From Octopus bimaculoides (taxonomy: Eukaryota), in assembly GCF_001194135.2 (NCBI RefSeq), contig NC_068998.1, positions 40,156,088 through 40,220,087 of the forward strand: a stretch of DNA of 64,000 nucleotides, written 5' to 3'. Made by a program: the position numbers and the translations under genes. Under the pieces are notes generated by a model that saw only the letters and a program-made list of their open reading frames with translations, was not told the origin of the DNA and made no database searches. Within the stretch, counting starts at the first letter, position 1, and each line of letters starts with the position of its first letter. Positions 23,341 through 36,810 of this stretch are shown here, one piece after another.

Positions 23341-23679
23341 CACTTTTGTTCCCTTTTAATGTTTGCCTTTTCCATACTGGCATAGGTTACATGAGACTTA
23401 ACGAGACAGTTTTCCTACAGCTGGATACCCTTTCTGTCACCAACACTTATATGTTTTTCAAGTAATCTGATACAGTAGTTAGACAAACAGACAGATAGAC
23501 ATACAACAGGCTTCTATTAGAATTCATTCACATGATGTTGGTTGACGTAAGGCTATATAGTAAGAGATACTTGCCCATAGGATCACACAAGAGGACTGAA
23601 CCAATGTGTACACACACACACACATGTGCACATATATGTTATATATAATATATATATATCTATACCATATATAATATCA

Positions 23680-23822
23680 TCATCTTCACCATCATTTAAC
23701 GTCCATTTTCTATGCTAGCATGAGTTGACAGTTTGACATGAGCTGACAAGCCAGGAGACTGCACCAGGCTTCACTGTCTGTTTTGGCAGGGGTTTTATAG
23801 CTGGATGCCCTTCCTAATACCA
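23680..23822 (-). mobile_element. Family D diverged copy
   Basis: CATCATTTAACGTCCATTTTCTATGCTAGCATGAG...GCTGGATGCCCTTCCTAA. Confidence 0.75.
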
Positions 23823-25357
23823 ATAAGATATATTATATATAATATATATATATATATGTATAAAAGTAACAAACTAAGGAAAAGAATTACTTCAAAGGGG
23901 TGTGTAAAACATCTAGTTCACTAATACGTCAGTTGAATACCTCATAAATAGGGGTATACCCCTAGTTATGCAAATTAAAAACAATAAATTAAATAGAGAG
24001 ATTCAATTGACAATCTATAAATTTATCTATATTATAACATAATAAATATACTATGAATATAATATAACATAATAAATTATTAAAAAAAACAAAAGTACCA
24101 ACAATTTATTTCGACTTATATATATTATTTGATTTATAAATAATTCTTACCCATTCATATATATCTCTTTGGAGCTGTGCTTTAAAAGACATGAAATTCC
24201 GTGTGAAAGGACGACTGTATATAAGTCGAAACAAATTATTCGCCCTTTGGGTTTTTTAATAATTCTTTATGTTATCTTATATTATATTCATAGTATAATA
24301 TGTTATAATATAAATGATATATTAGATTCTCAATTGAATCTCTCTATTTAATTTATTGCTTGTAAGATATATATATCTATATATATGTATATATATATAT
24401 ATATATATGCTAGCTGGTGTACCCGGTAATTCCCAGGGGTAAAGATGTTCTATTGAAACACCTTACTACTCTGATATAAGAAAGCAATTACATTATAACT
24501 GCCACAAAAGGTGTATTTTCCATCACGAAAAAGTACAAAAAACTGTCAGCTGGAGGAGAGAGAGGTTTTCGGAGGTTGGCGAAAAAGATTGTCGGAGGTT
24601 GGTGAGAGAGGTTATAAAAATATATGAATGAAGTGTTCGAAGAAAATGCAATAATAATGTTCACACTCACTGATGGTCGCTCTCAGTAACTGCCTTTAAC
24701 ATATGGAGTTTTTGTTTTTATAACCATCACTTGAAGAAAACCTGGAGAGAAACCCTGGCCATGCCTTCTTCCCACAGCTCCTGATTGACTACTGAGGGTG
24801 GATTTTGTTAAACACCCAGAGCACATCATACTGACAAAACTCCCCCCCAATCATAATCGTATTTTCAGAATCCACCAAGCAGGTAATCATGTTGCAACTG
24901 ACTGTACCCTGAAAGAACAGATGAAGAAGGCTCATCAGAGAAAGCTTGCCAAAAGAACTGGTGCTCTTTAAACAAAGTTCTTTGATGTTTGTTCTGCAGT
25001 AAATTACATAGATGTTAACTTATTGATTACTCTCATTGTCAGAAATGCAGTGACCCTGCCAAAATTAAGGTATTCCAGTCACAAACATTTTATCTTTTAT
25101 GCAGACATAATTTATCAAGGAACATATTGTTCAATGTGTCCTGCATTTCTTTTTCTTTCTTTTTTTCAGCAGGCAGTAGTATGGGATTTTAGGAGATTTG
25201 ACTGCTATTTTTAGCTGGCCAGGTGACCACATTGAGATCTTTTTCATTGTAGATGTTGAGTAGGTATATAAACACAGTGTATCTCAACTGTATAGAGGCA
25301 GTATTTTCGATGGTGACTACATACACACACGCATGCGTTCGCACCACCACCCCTGCG

Positions 25358-25389
<32 letters not shown>

Positions 25390-27442
25390 GTAGTAGTGTG
25401 TAGATAGGTGTTGAACTGGATTGATGCTGAGTTAACATGTAAGGACACCATTGTGTATAGATGAATTTTCAATCAGTGTTGCCATCATGTTCCATTCCTT
25501 TAGAAGCTTCCAACTAATTAATATTATTAGTAATGGATGTGATTAATTAATTTACGCATTTAGAAACATTCTGCCAACCGCCATTATTTTTTGAATTTAT
25601 CAATGTTAGTTCACAACTGAGAAGCTATATTCTTCATCGGTGAACTTTCTATTTGTCGAGCATAAATCAAACATCCACTCCCCCTCATTTGCTTCTATCA
25701 TGTCACTTATTCAGTGTAAAGATTCAAAGGGGCCTTCAGACTTGTACCATCTTTCAAGAGTTGTAGCTAGCTAGTTGATTATTGGTTAGTTGTGTGGTTC
25801 CTGACAGAATCTGTGAAATAGCACAAGAATGTGCCTGGAAACGATAAACTTGACTCCTCCTTCATCATGGGAATGGACTCAACCTGTCTGTCTTTCACAA
25901 TCCATTAATTTTACCAAAATGGAATAACGTCCATCAACTTGTCAGAGAAAACGAGTTGAAAACTCTGTGAAAGAAAGAAAATAAAAAATTGTAGCTTTTT
26001 GTCCTTACCATTACTGAATTATGTCTGGATACTGTTTTTATCACTGTTGCCTCTTCACATCACCACTGAACATTGCAACCACCACCATCAACATCAGTAT
26101 TGCTACAACTAACAACAACAACAACAACAACAACAACAACGTTATCGACACTACCAGTATTACCAACATTTTCTCTATAACTGTAATTACCTCCACCACC
26201 ACTACCGCAATCATTAACATCATCGTTATTATCATCTTTAGCATCATCATCATCATCATCATCATCGTGCTGTTCTCTATACCTTTTTACACAGGAACAT
26301 TGCCACCTCTATAATAATTACCATCATCACCTGTAGTAGCAGCAGCAGCCTTGTCATCTATAACCATCATAATCATCATTATCACTCCTACCAATATTTC
26401 ACTAGTTTGAACCCCACCTCCTACCCTCATCAGTACCAGTAAGCCAACCACCACCATCATCACCACTAGCATCACCACCACCACCATCATAACCATCATC
26501 ATCATCATCATCATCTAGACACATTTATCTGCACATAATTTGGTGTGTATTTGTGTCTGTATATATCTGTGTTCATCCATGAATATCTATATATAGACAA
26601 TGTGATTATGTGACAGTATGTGTGTGTGCGTATGCGTGTGTTGATATATATATATATATATGCATATATGACTATATATGTATATAATATGTAATTATAA
26701 AACAATTTACATTATAAAAGTCATTTTAGCCATTTAAAAACACGCAAAACTGTTATATTCACTTTTCATTTATTTCTTAATATAGTTCAGTCTATTATGA
26801 AAGAGGATGTATTAAATGGGAAAATGAATAGTTTTATGTGTTCTTATGTGGCTGAAACAACTCTTCTACAATATAATTGTTTTAGTTTCAAATCAAGTCT
26901 CTTTCTAAACATGTATAATTCTGAAATAGACTCTCACACACACACACACATATATATGTGTTTTTCAGTATGTGTATGCATGTAGATATAATATGTCTTT
27001 GATTTCATTCTTTAGTTAAGATTGTTTACTTCTTCATGTAAAGTTAAAAATAATAGATAACTTCTCTCAAGACAGAAGAGATGACAAGTGTATAGATGTG
27101 TGTGTGTGAGTGTGTAATACATTTCGTTTTTGTAAACAGGAAAAAAATGTACTCAATACATGTAGTAGAGTTTATTTATTCATTGGAGCTATTGATTTGT
27201 TTCATCACTACTGCTTGTTTCTCAACTCTATTCATTCATTCAGGTCACAATAAGTTAAAAGCCATCATCGAAGGCACAAGAACAAGAAACTCAGAGTAAT
27301 CATGGAGTGAATCATAACTAGAAAACACACACACACACATTTCTATATGTATATATGTATGTATACACAGGCATGTCCTTTACTTTAGCTTTGAACCAAC
27401 CAACACCTTGCAAGTGAGTTTGGTAGACAGAAACTATGTGGA

Positions 27443-27669
27443 GGCGACTGGCAGAAACGTTAGCACACTGGGCGAAATGCTTAGCGGTATTTCATCTGCC
27501 ACTACGTTCTGAGTTCAAGTTCCGCTGAGGTCGACTTTGCCTTTCATCCTTTTGGGGTCGATTGAATAAGTACTAGTTATGCACTGGGGTCGATATAATC
27601 GACTTAATCCGTTTGTCTGTCCTTGTTTGTCCCCTCTGTGTATAGCCTCTTGTCGGTAGTAAAGAAATA
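27443..27669 (+). mobile_element. SINE A inserted into a SINE B/C, with a 14-bp TSD
   Basis: AGAAACTATGTGGA is duplicated at 27429-27442 and 27670-27683. The host SINE continues on both sides (about 27350-27905). Confidence 0.9.
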
Positions 27670-27920
27670 AGAAACTATGTGGAAGCCCATCATGTGTGCA
27701 TGTGCACATACGTGTATTTGTGTTTGTATTTATTCCCTCACCCAACTAGTGTCAGTTTATTTACATCCCTGTAACTAAATGGTTTGACAAAAGCGACAAA
27801 TAAATAAGCACCAGACTTTAAAAAAATAAGTACTGGGGCTGATTGGTTTGACTAAACCCTTCGGGGCAGTGTCGCAGTCCACTTGCTGCAAAAAATAAAG
27901 ATAAAAGAAATGCACAAATC

Positions 27921-28300
27921 GGTGCGTGGTTACAAGTTTGCTTCCTAACCATATGGTTGTGGGTTCAGTCTATCTGCATTGCATCATTTGCCAGTATCTT
28001 CTTTTATAGCCTCGGGCCAACCAAAACCCTGTGAGTGGATTTAGTAGATGGGAACTAAAAAAGCCCACCATATGCACATTCGTGTGTGTGTATGTGTGTA
28101 TATAGATATGCATTGTGTGTGTGTGTTGGTTTGTTTATATCCCCTTAACTTAAAAATTCAGCAAAAAAGACCAATAGAATAAGTTCCAAACTTTAAACAA
28201 AAAGTAGGTCCTGAGAGTGATTTGTCTGACTACACCCTTCAAGTCAATGCCCCAGCATGGCCATAATCCAAAGACTGAAACCAGTAAAAGATAAAAGACA
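27921..28300 (+). mobile_element. SINE B/C, full architecture, diverged
   Basis: B head, a TG tract at ~28080-28125, then a C tail ending GAAACCAGTAAAAGATAAAAGA. Confidence 0.7.
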
Positions 28301-30052
28301 TTCTAGCAGTATTCGTGGAAACTCCGTAGTTATTTCGAAAACTGTAAGATGATTGGAAGTTTATAGAAGACAATGAAATATAAAGTTTATGAAATTGTAT
28401 TTTGTTTGAATATTTGATTCTTAAGATGGTGTGAAATGTCCACCCAGGTAGTGTTGAATGTGCAGTCTTTGCAGACAGCATCTCTGAAAGCTATAGTGCT
28501 TGTTATACATTCGTCACCTCTTCTACCTTGAGAGTTGTTATCTGTTTGTTTTCTCTTTATGTCAGGAGGTAAACAATCTCAACTGTGGAGCAAAATCGAA
28601 GATATAACACATTTACATGTACACATGCATACTGACACACACACACACACACACACAAACACATACACCCACGCATACACACACACACACACACACATAC
28701 AGAACAACAACATTTTTTCTGTTCTTTTGTGAAATAAAAGTGTCCACTAAAGATGCCATTATTTTATAAAGTAAGATACACATCAAAATCATTGCAAGCA
28801 AATGCAGAAAGAAAGGAAGGAAAGAAAGAGAGAATAAAGTTACTAAAGATGCAGTGATGTCACAAACTTTGCTACATCCTCATATTCTTTCTTCTTTTCC
28901 TCCCACTTCCTGTTTAAATCTCCATATCACTCACACTCTTTCTCTTGCATGTTTACTTCAACTCCAGAACTTACTCATTCTCCCACTTCTTTAGACACCC
29001 TGTCTTTCTTAATATCTCTTCCCGGTCTCTCTCCCCCCCTCTCTCTCTTCTTCTTCTCTTCTCTTACGTTTTTTATCTATCTTTTTATTGATTCCACTAT
29101 TTCTGCTTCTTCCTCTTCCCCTCTCCTCTCCATTCACTATTATCAACCAGTGTCGCTGCTGATACCACTACCACCACAACCTTAACTCCATAACTATGAA
29201 CTGTTTATTTCTAACTTTAGTTTTCTTCTCTTATAATGATGCAAAAGGTTGGTAAGAACATACTATTTCACACACACANNNNNNNNNNNNNNNNNNNNNN
29301 NNNNNNNNNNNNNNNNNNNNNNNNNNNNNNNNNNNNNNNNNNNNNNNNNNNNNNNNNNNNNNNNNNNNNNNNNNNNNNNNNNNNNNNNNNNNNNNNNNNN
29401 NNNNNNNNNNNNNNNNNNNNNNNNNNNNNNNNNNNNNNNNNNNNNNNNNNNNNNNNNNNNNNNNNNNNNNNNNNNNNNNNNNNNNNNNNNNNNNNNNNNN
29501 NNNNNNNNNNNNNNNNNNNNNNNNNNNNNNNNNNNNNNNNNNNNNNNNNNNNNNNNNNNNNNNNNNNNNNNNNNNNNNNNNNNNNNNNNNNNNNNNNNNN
29601 NNNNNNNNNNNNNNNNNNNNNNNNNNNNNNNNNNNNNNNNNNNNNNNNNNNNNNNNNNNNNNNNNNNNNNNNNNNNNNNNNNNNNNNNNNNNNNNNNNNN
29701 NNNNNNNNNNNNNNNNNNNNNNNNNNNNNNNNNNNNNNNNNNNNNNNNNNNNNNNNNNNNNNNNNNNNNNNNNNNNNNNNNNNNNNNNNNNNNNNNNNNN
29801 NNNNNNNNNNNNNNNNNNNNNNNNNNNNNNNNNNNNNNNNNNNNNNNNNNNNNNNNNNNNNNNNNNNNNNNNNNNNNNNNNNNNNNNNNNNNNNNNNNNN
29901 NNNNNNNNNNNNNNNNNNNNNNNNNNNNNNNNNNNNNNNNNNNNNNNNNNNNNNNNNNNNNNNNNNNNNNNNNNNNNNNNNNNNNNNNNNNNNNNNNNNN
30001 NNNNNNNNNNNNNNNNNNNNNNNNNNNNNNNNNNNNNNNNNNNNNNNNNNNN

Positions 30053-30091
<39 letters not shown>

Positions 30092-30436
30092 TATATAATA
30101 TATATAGGGGGAGAGAGAGAGAAAGAGAGATATAAATAGATAGATAAATGATAGAAAATAGGAATGAACGACAGGTAGCCAATAACTGTGGATGAGCTTT
30201 GCATAATATTCTACAAGGCTTTTACCTGAATCTTATTTAACTATATGTGTGTGTGTGAAGGTATGTATGTATATATGTGTATGTATATATACGTGTATAT
30301 ATATGTGTGTGTGTGTGTATGTATGTGTGTGTTTGTGTGTATCTATAAGGGGAGAGTGAGTGAAAGAGAAAAATGCATGTGTATGTATGCCTACTTACAT
30401 ACATATAGACATATATGAATGTATATATATATATAT

Positions 30437-30705
30437 CATCATCATCATCATCATCATCGTTTAACGTCCGCTTTCCATGCTAGCATGGGTTGGACGATTT
30501 GACTGAGGACTGGTGAAACCGGATGGCAACACCAGGCTCCAGTCTGATTTGGCAGAGTTTCTACAGCTGGATGCCCTTCCTAACGCCAACCACTCAGAGA
30601 GTGTAGTGGGTGCTTTTACGTGTCACCCGCACGAAAACGGCCACGCTCGAAATGGTGTCTTTTATGTGCCACCCGCACAAGCCAGTCCAGGGCACTGGCA
30701 ACGAT
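30437..30705 (-). mobile_element. Family D copy (young)
   Basis: Reverse complement of 21882-22112 plus an extra internal repeat unit. Confidence 0.9.
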
Positions 30706-31654
30706 ATATATATATATATATATATATTGTTATTATTTGTATATTCTCCCATATATATATATATATATATATATGTACATAAAATATGTACATGAAAACT
30801 GAAAGATAATGTTTGTGGACCCCTAAAACACATTTATGGAAAAATAATCAATGTAAAGATTTTTGAATATATGTATATGGGTACAGGCATTGCTTTGTAG
30901 TTAAGAACTTTGCACCACACCCACGTGGTTCCAACTTCGATCTAGCCACACTTTGGGCAAGACATTTCCAACATAACCTCGCTTGATCAATATCTGATCA
31001 GAGATACTGTGCAGAAACCCATTGTGTGTGTGTGTCTCTTTATATGTCTGCTTGTGTTTGAGTATAGTAATGCAAATACTTTATGGCATTTAAGTCTGTA
31101 AAAGGGAGGTAACAATCTAAAGGGATGTAACATGTATCTACTTAAACATTTGATGAATAGCAATAGATAAAACTAGTACCAGACTATATACTGGAATCAA
31201 TATGTTAGCTTAAAGCCTTGAAAATGGCCATGATGCAAAAGCTGAAACTAGTAAAAGAATAAACTTGGTTGTCATTTGCAAATGAATATGATCTGATAGT
31301 TTGTATCACACATTCATTGTTTAGGTACCTATATAATCATGAGCAGATATAGACACCCTCTAAGACCTACTACTCTTGATCCTGTGGAACTTTCAGGATG
31401 TGATAGCTGGAAGAAAGGAGAGTTGCACCAGCAGTCAGCTGGAACTCCATTTTAGGATGAGTAGACCAGACCAACATGAAACAATGCTTTGCTCAAGGAC
31501 ACCACACACTACCCAGTCCAGGAATCAAACCCAGAACTTTATGATTGTGAGCTCATCGCCTTAACCACTAGGCCACATACTTTGTCCATTTAATGCATCC
31601 TAAATTCTGGTGCACCATCACTTTGCCATTGCTTTCATTTCATATAAAATATTG

Positions 31655-32045
31655 GCTTCAAATTTTGGCACAAGACCAGCAATTTTGAGGGAAGGATAAG
31701 TTGATTACATCGACCCCAGTAGTCAACTGGTATTTATTTTATTGACTCTGAAAGGATGAAAGGCAAAGTCAACCTTGGTGGAATGCTAACAATTTTGCCA
31801 GCTTGCCACCCTCACTTGACATAAAATATTCTTTGCTATTCTAAGCACAAGATGCAAAATTTTGGGGGAGGGGGCCAGTCGATTAGAACGACCCAGTATG
31901 CAACTGGTACTTAATTTATCGACCCTGAAAGGATGAAAGGCAAAGTCGACCTCGGTGGAATTTGAAATCCGAACATAAAGACAAACGAAATGCCGCTAAG
32001 CATTTTGCCTGGCATGCTAACATTTCTGCCAGTTTGCCGCCTTCT
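31655..32045 (-). mobile_element. Two tandem SINE A copies (31655-31812 and 31835-32045)
   Basis: Both contain GAAAGGATGAAAGGCAAAGTC(A/G)AC. Confidence 0.8.
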
Positions 32046-32198
32046 TGATATAAAATATTAACTGTAAATTGATGTAGCCGCACACTGAGTGAGGTCACTT
32101 CCTTGGTTTCTCCTTCTCTTCTTTTAGTAAGTCAATTTTAGCATTTTCTATATTTATCTTGAGGCTTTTACTTTTCTCATTTCAAATATTTTCTGAAG

Positions 32199-32339
32199 CT
32201 CTTCAAAAGATCCTGCAATAAAAAGAGACATTGAATATAAAATTACCTGCGGACAGGCATTAACATTTAATCTCTCTGGCTATAGTAAAGAGGAAAGTGT
32301 TGAATGCAGATTCCTGGTTGACATCCACCTGCATCTTCA
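32199..32339 (+). CDS. Candidate exon (141 bp, phase 2-2)
   Basis: Pyrimidine-rich acceptor ending TTTTCTGAAG and CA|GTAAAT donor. Open frame SSKDPAIKRDIEYKITCGQALTFNLSGYSKEESVECRFLVDIHLHL. Confidence 0.3.
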
Positions 32340-33684
32340 GTAAATCACTGAGTCTGTTACTGAAGAATCGGACCATGTTTGTGGCTCATTCACAGATACC
32401 TTGGATATTCTAATAACAACCACATGTGACTTTCTCTGTTGTGTATGCAAACATAGAGACACACAAATACACACATACACAGATTCACACACATATATAT
32501 GTCCATTTCGTGTGTATTTGTGTGTGTGTGTGTGTGTGCACACACATGTGTCTGTGTATGTATATATGTATATGTATATGTGCACGCACACACATACTGG
32601 GTTGTTAAGAATTAGGTTTCACAATCAGTCGTATGGTTCCAAGTTCAAACACATTGTACCTTGGACACGTGTTTTCTACCATAGCCTTGGGTCAACTAGG
32701 CCTTATGAATGAACTTTCAATAAATGGAAACTGTACTGGGCTCATTGTAATCATACAAAACCCTTGAAGATGGTGTGCCATCATGACCACTGTATATTGT
32801 TTGGAACCAGTAAAATAATAAATACATGTATGTAAGTGTGTGTGTGTGTATTTATATAGAGGGAGAGAGAGAGAGAGAGCTGTAGGTATAATGTATACAC
32901 ACATACACACGTATACATATCTGATGTGATATAATATATAAATCGTTTTAGTTTTGCCTTTAGTATTCAGATTAACATTGGTTTTACTTTTCTTATTTTA
33001 GTTATTATTGTTACTTTTATTATTAGTGTTATTACCAGTGTTATCAATGATGATGATGATGATGATGATGGTGGTTGTGGTGGTGGTGGTGGTGGTGGTG
33101 GTGGTGGTGGNNNNNNNNNNNNNNNNNNNNNNNNNNNNNNNNNNNNNNNNNNNNNNNNNNNNNNNNNNNNNNNNNNNNNNNNNNNNNNNNNNNNNNNNNN
33201 NNNNNNNNNNNNNNNNNNNNNNNNNNNNNNNNNNNNNNNNNNNNNNNNNNNNNNNNNNNNNNNNNNNNNNNNNNNNNNNNNNNNNNNNNNNNNNNNNNNN
33301 NNNNNNNNNNNNNNNNNNNNNNNNNNNNNNNNNNNNNNNNNNNNNNNNNNNNNNNNNNNNNNNNNNNNNNNNNNNNNNNNNNNNNNNNNNNNNNNNNNNN
33401 NNNNNNNNNNNNNNNNNNNNNNNNNNNNNNNNNNNNNNNNNNNNNNNNNNNNNNNNNNNNNNNNNNNNNNNNNNNNNNNNNNNNNNNNNNNNNNNNNNNN
33501 NNNNNNNNNNNNNNNNNNNNNNNNNNNNNNNNNNNNNNNNNNNNNNNNNNNNNNNNNNNNNNNNNNNNNNNNNNNNNNNNNNNNNNNNNNNNNNNNNNNN
33601 NNNNNNNNNNNNNNNNNNNNNNNNNNNNNNNNNNNNNNNNNNNNNNNNNNNNNNNNNNNNNNNNNNNNNNNNNNNNNNNNNNNN

Positions 33685-33685
33685 N

Positions 33686-33729
<44 letters not shown>

Positions 33730-33854
33730 CTTCTTTTTCATTCTAATTTCTGTCTGTGTTTTCCTACCTCTCACTCTTTCTTATTCTCTCGCACACCCTT
33801 TCTCTTATTCTAACTTCTGTCTGTGTGTCTTTTCCCCTTTCTTTCTTTCTTTTT

Positions 33855-33899
<45 letters not shown>

Positions 33900-33946
33900 T
33901 TCTAACTTCTGTCTGCCTTTCTCTCTCTTTCATTCTCATTTTTACT

Positions 33947-33977
<31 letters not shown>

Positions 33978-34260
33978 TCCCTCCTTCTTTCTCACTCCCT
34001 TCAGCTTTATGAAATAAAGAGAGTGTGTGCTTCTGAAGAAACTTTACTCTCACTTCACTTACCCTCTTTCTCTATGCCTCTTTTTCTCTTACTCTCTCAC
34101 TCTCTCTCTCTTTCTTTCTCTCTCTCACCCACACACACACAACATATTCTCTCGTACACACACACACACACACACCTACATACTCACAACAAAAGCACAC
34201 ACACACACTCACGCATAACACACTCTCACTCTCCCTCTTCTCTGGCAACTTTATCAAAAG
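33685..34260. repeat. (CT)n/(CA)n compound microsatellite block
   Basis: Directly visible. Comparable (TA)n/(TG)n/(CT)n blocks occur throughout the window. Confidence 0.9.
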
Positions 34261-35425
34261 AATCACTGCACCTTCTGTTTTGGTCTTGTAATTATTTGCT
34301 TCACAGATTGTTACACTGCTATTTCCCTCACCACCACCATCACCACCAACCACCCACCCACCACCACCATCACCAGCTCCACTGTCAACATCACTATAAC
34401 CTCTTTTACAACCTTCCAATACCACCACCACCACCACCGACATCACCATCTCTATACCAACACCAAAACCTTTACATCTCCATCGATGCCACCATCACCT
34501 GCATCATCTACCATCCACCCTCTGTACCAGATTCAAAATTAATTAGACTTCTGAAAAGACATTTCTGTGTAGAGGTCTGATTTTATTTCATTCTCTCTTT
34601 CTCTCTCACTTCTCCTAGATCTTTCTCTTTCCATATCTCTCTCACTTTCTCTGTAGCTGTCTCACAATTGCTTCTCTACCTGTCACTTTGTTTTCTTCAC
34701 ACATTTACCCTCTCTCTTTAACACACTCTGTTTCTCCCCCTCTCTCTCTCTCTCTACATTTCTTCTCTCCCTTTCTCTATCAATAAACTTTCTGAGTCTC
34801 AAATCCTTTGTATCATTCCTTCTCTTTTCCATTCTTTCTTGTACTTTCTGTATATTAATCTCTAAAAATTTATGATTGTAACTCTTTTTACTTCTCTCTC
34901 TCTCTCCTTCTCTGCACACTTTTCTCCCACCACACACAACTGTTTTAAGTCCAAAATCTTAAGATATCATGATCACCACACAAACAGTGTGGACACAGAA
35001 ATATCAATATAAACACCTGCAAAATGTTATCTCAACTGACAAATGGAACTTGAACCTGTGAACTGCTTGGTACCATGTGACCAGTGACCACTGTATTTAT
35101 AGATTCCATGTAGACAAAGCCAACAGGGATGCCTCTTCATGGTCACACAACATGGTGAAAGTAATAGGTCAAATTCCCTCAAATGCTGTCTACTGTCTTA
35201 AATAAGGAAAGGACACATTGGATAACAGCTTCTCTTCCTCTGAACTAACTGGTTGCATATCACCACCAATTACATCCATCCAAAACACTTTGAGAGCCTC
35301 TGCATCTCAACTATATTGTTGTATCTAACTACACTCCAATATCTTCCTTCCCAGAATGTCAACCATTTGGAATTCTCTCCCTGCCTACCTTTTCTTTTGT
35401 TTTGCAGGTAACAGCTTACAGATGT

Positions 35426-35646
35426 TTAACTCTTTAGCATTCATATTACTATGTCAATTATGCTTATTTATTCAAATTGGTTTGAATTAATCATGCATTA
35501 TCTCGTTGCTTTGAGATTTCAATGATGCGATTGTATATTTTGAGAATGACTTTGTATGGTATGTGTGAGAAGCTGAATCTGACCAGTTTGAACATAAAAC
35601 ACGTAGAATATTTGTGCCTGATGTGGTCGGTTTAAATGAAGTTTAA
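35426..35646 (+). mobile_element. TTAA-flanked piggyBac-like MITE
   Basis: TTAA-CTCTTTAGCATT ... TTAA. Confidence 0.75.
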
Positions 35647-36544
35647 TTGTATCAAACTCACCAAGACTTGAAGAGCCTGTAAGAGTTTGTGGGAGTGTAA
35701 GCCACACTTCCTTCAAAATTCAAGCTAATTACTAATCATACTAAATAGACTTGTAAAAGTTATGGTCCTTCTGTTCAGGCTAACAATGTAGAAAATGCTA
35801 AACCACTCAGCCTTCTTCTAAAATCTTCCCTCATCATCATCATCATCATTTAATGTGCATGTTGACACAGGTTCGACAGTTTGACAGGATCCAGTGGATC
35901 TGGAGACTGCATCCTATTCCAATGTCAGCTTTGGTATAGTTTGTCTCTATAGAACACTAACCAATTTAAGTCTAAAATTATTCAATGTGTCTCTCTTTGA
36001 TCACAAGTTTTAAACTTGGTATCTCAGCCATAGTTTCTGAATCTTGGTCTAACAGAAGTACTACAATCACAAACCCAGTGTGCTAAAGTACCTAAAACTG
36101 TTCCATTACCTATAGATTTCCAAATCCTTCACATCCTGTTTGTGTCACCTCAACCACAAATACAAAATCCTCAATTACTTGTTGGCTGCTGCATTTTAGA
36201 TTCTCAATATTTGAAGCTATTGAACAACCATATAGCATCAATAAGATAAAAAGTAACTTATGATTGCCTGAACATGTTCTTGTTGCTGTTGTTGCTTAAC
36301 TCCATTTCAGCAAATGATCAGGTTTTAGGTCTATGTTCAAGCATTCTAGCTGTGATCATCCCATCGTGTTATATACCCAAAACCACATTGTCTTATGTGT
36401 TCTTTTTTATAAGATAGCATGGTGTGATTTCTAGCAGGCTGGGTGTCCTTGTAGACATTTCCTTGTTTTCCTTCTTATCTTTTTTCTTTCACTTGTTTTG
36501 TTCAGCCATCTGTTGAGTGTGGTACCATTAATGTTCCATTAAAC

Positions 36545-36810
36545 TGTTACACATCAACACTTGCAAGGAAGATACGAGCAGGAAGAAGATTCCAGTGGAA
36601 CAGTGGTCTGGGAAGAAAGGACTGGGCATAATGGGTAGTGTGTGCCAAGGAGGCTGGATGCACCAAAAGTGATGAGAGGTAGAGAGACAAGTTGGTTAGG
36701 GATGACCGAGTGGTGAGAGTACAAGACTAGCCAGCTCAAGGAGCAGAGACCATTATAGTTGTAATAGAGAAGACAGCACACATGTGGGCCAGAGGCCAAA
36801 TGAAGCATGT
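36545..36810 (-). mobile_element. Decayed LINE ORF2 C-terminus (Jockey/CR1-like group)
   Basis: Frameshifted minus-strand LLYYNYNGLCS/ELASLV...HY..SF.PR...LWNL-like motifs. Confidence 0.5.

Noticed and set aside
25600-25960. Possible transposase remnant
   Set aside because: No diagnostic motif could be read in any frame.
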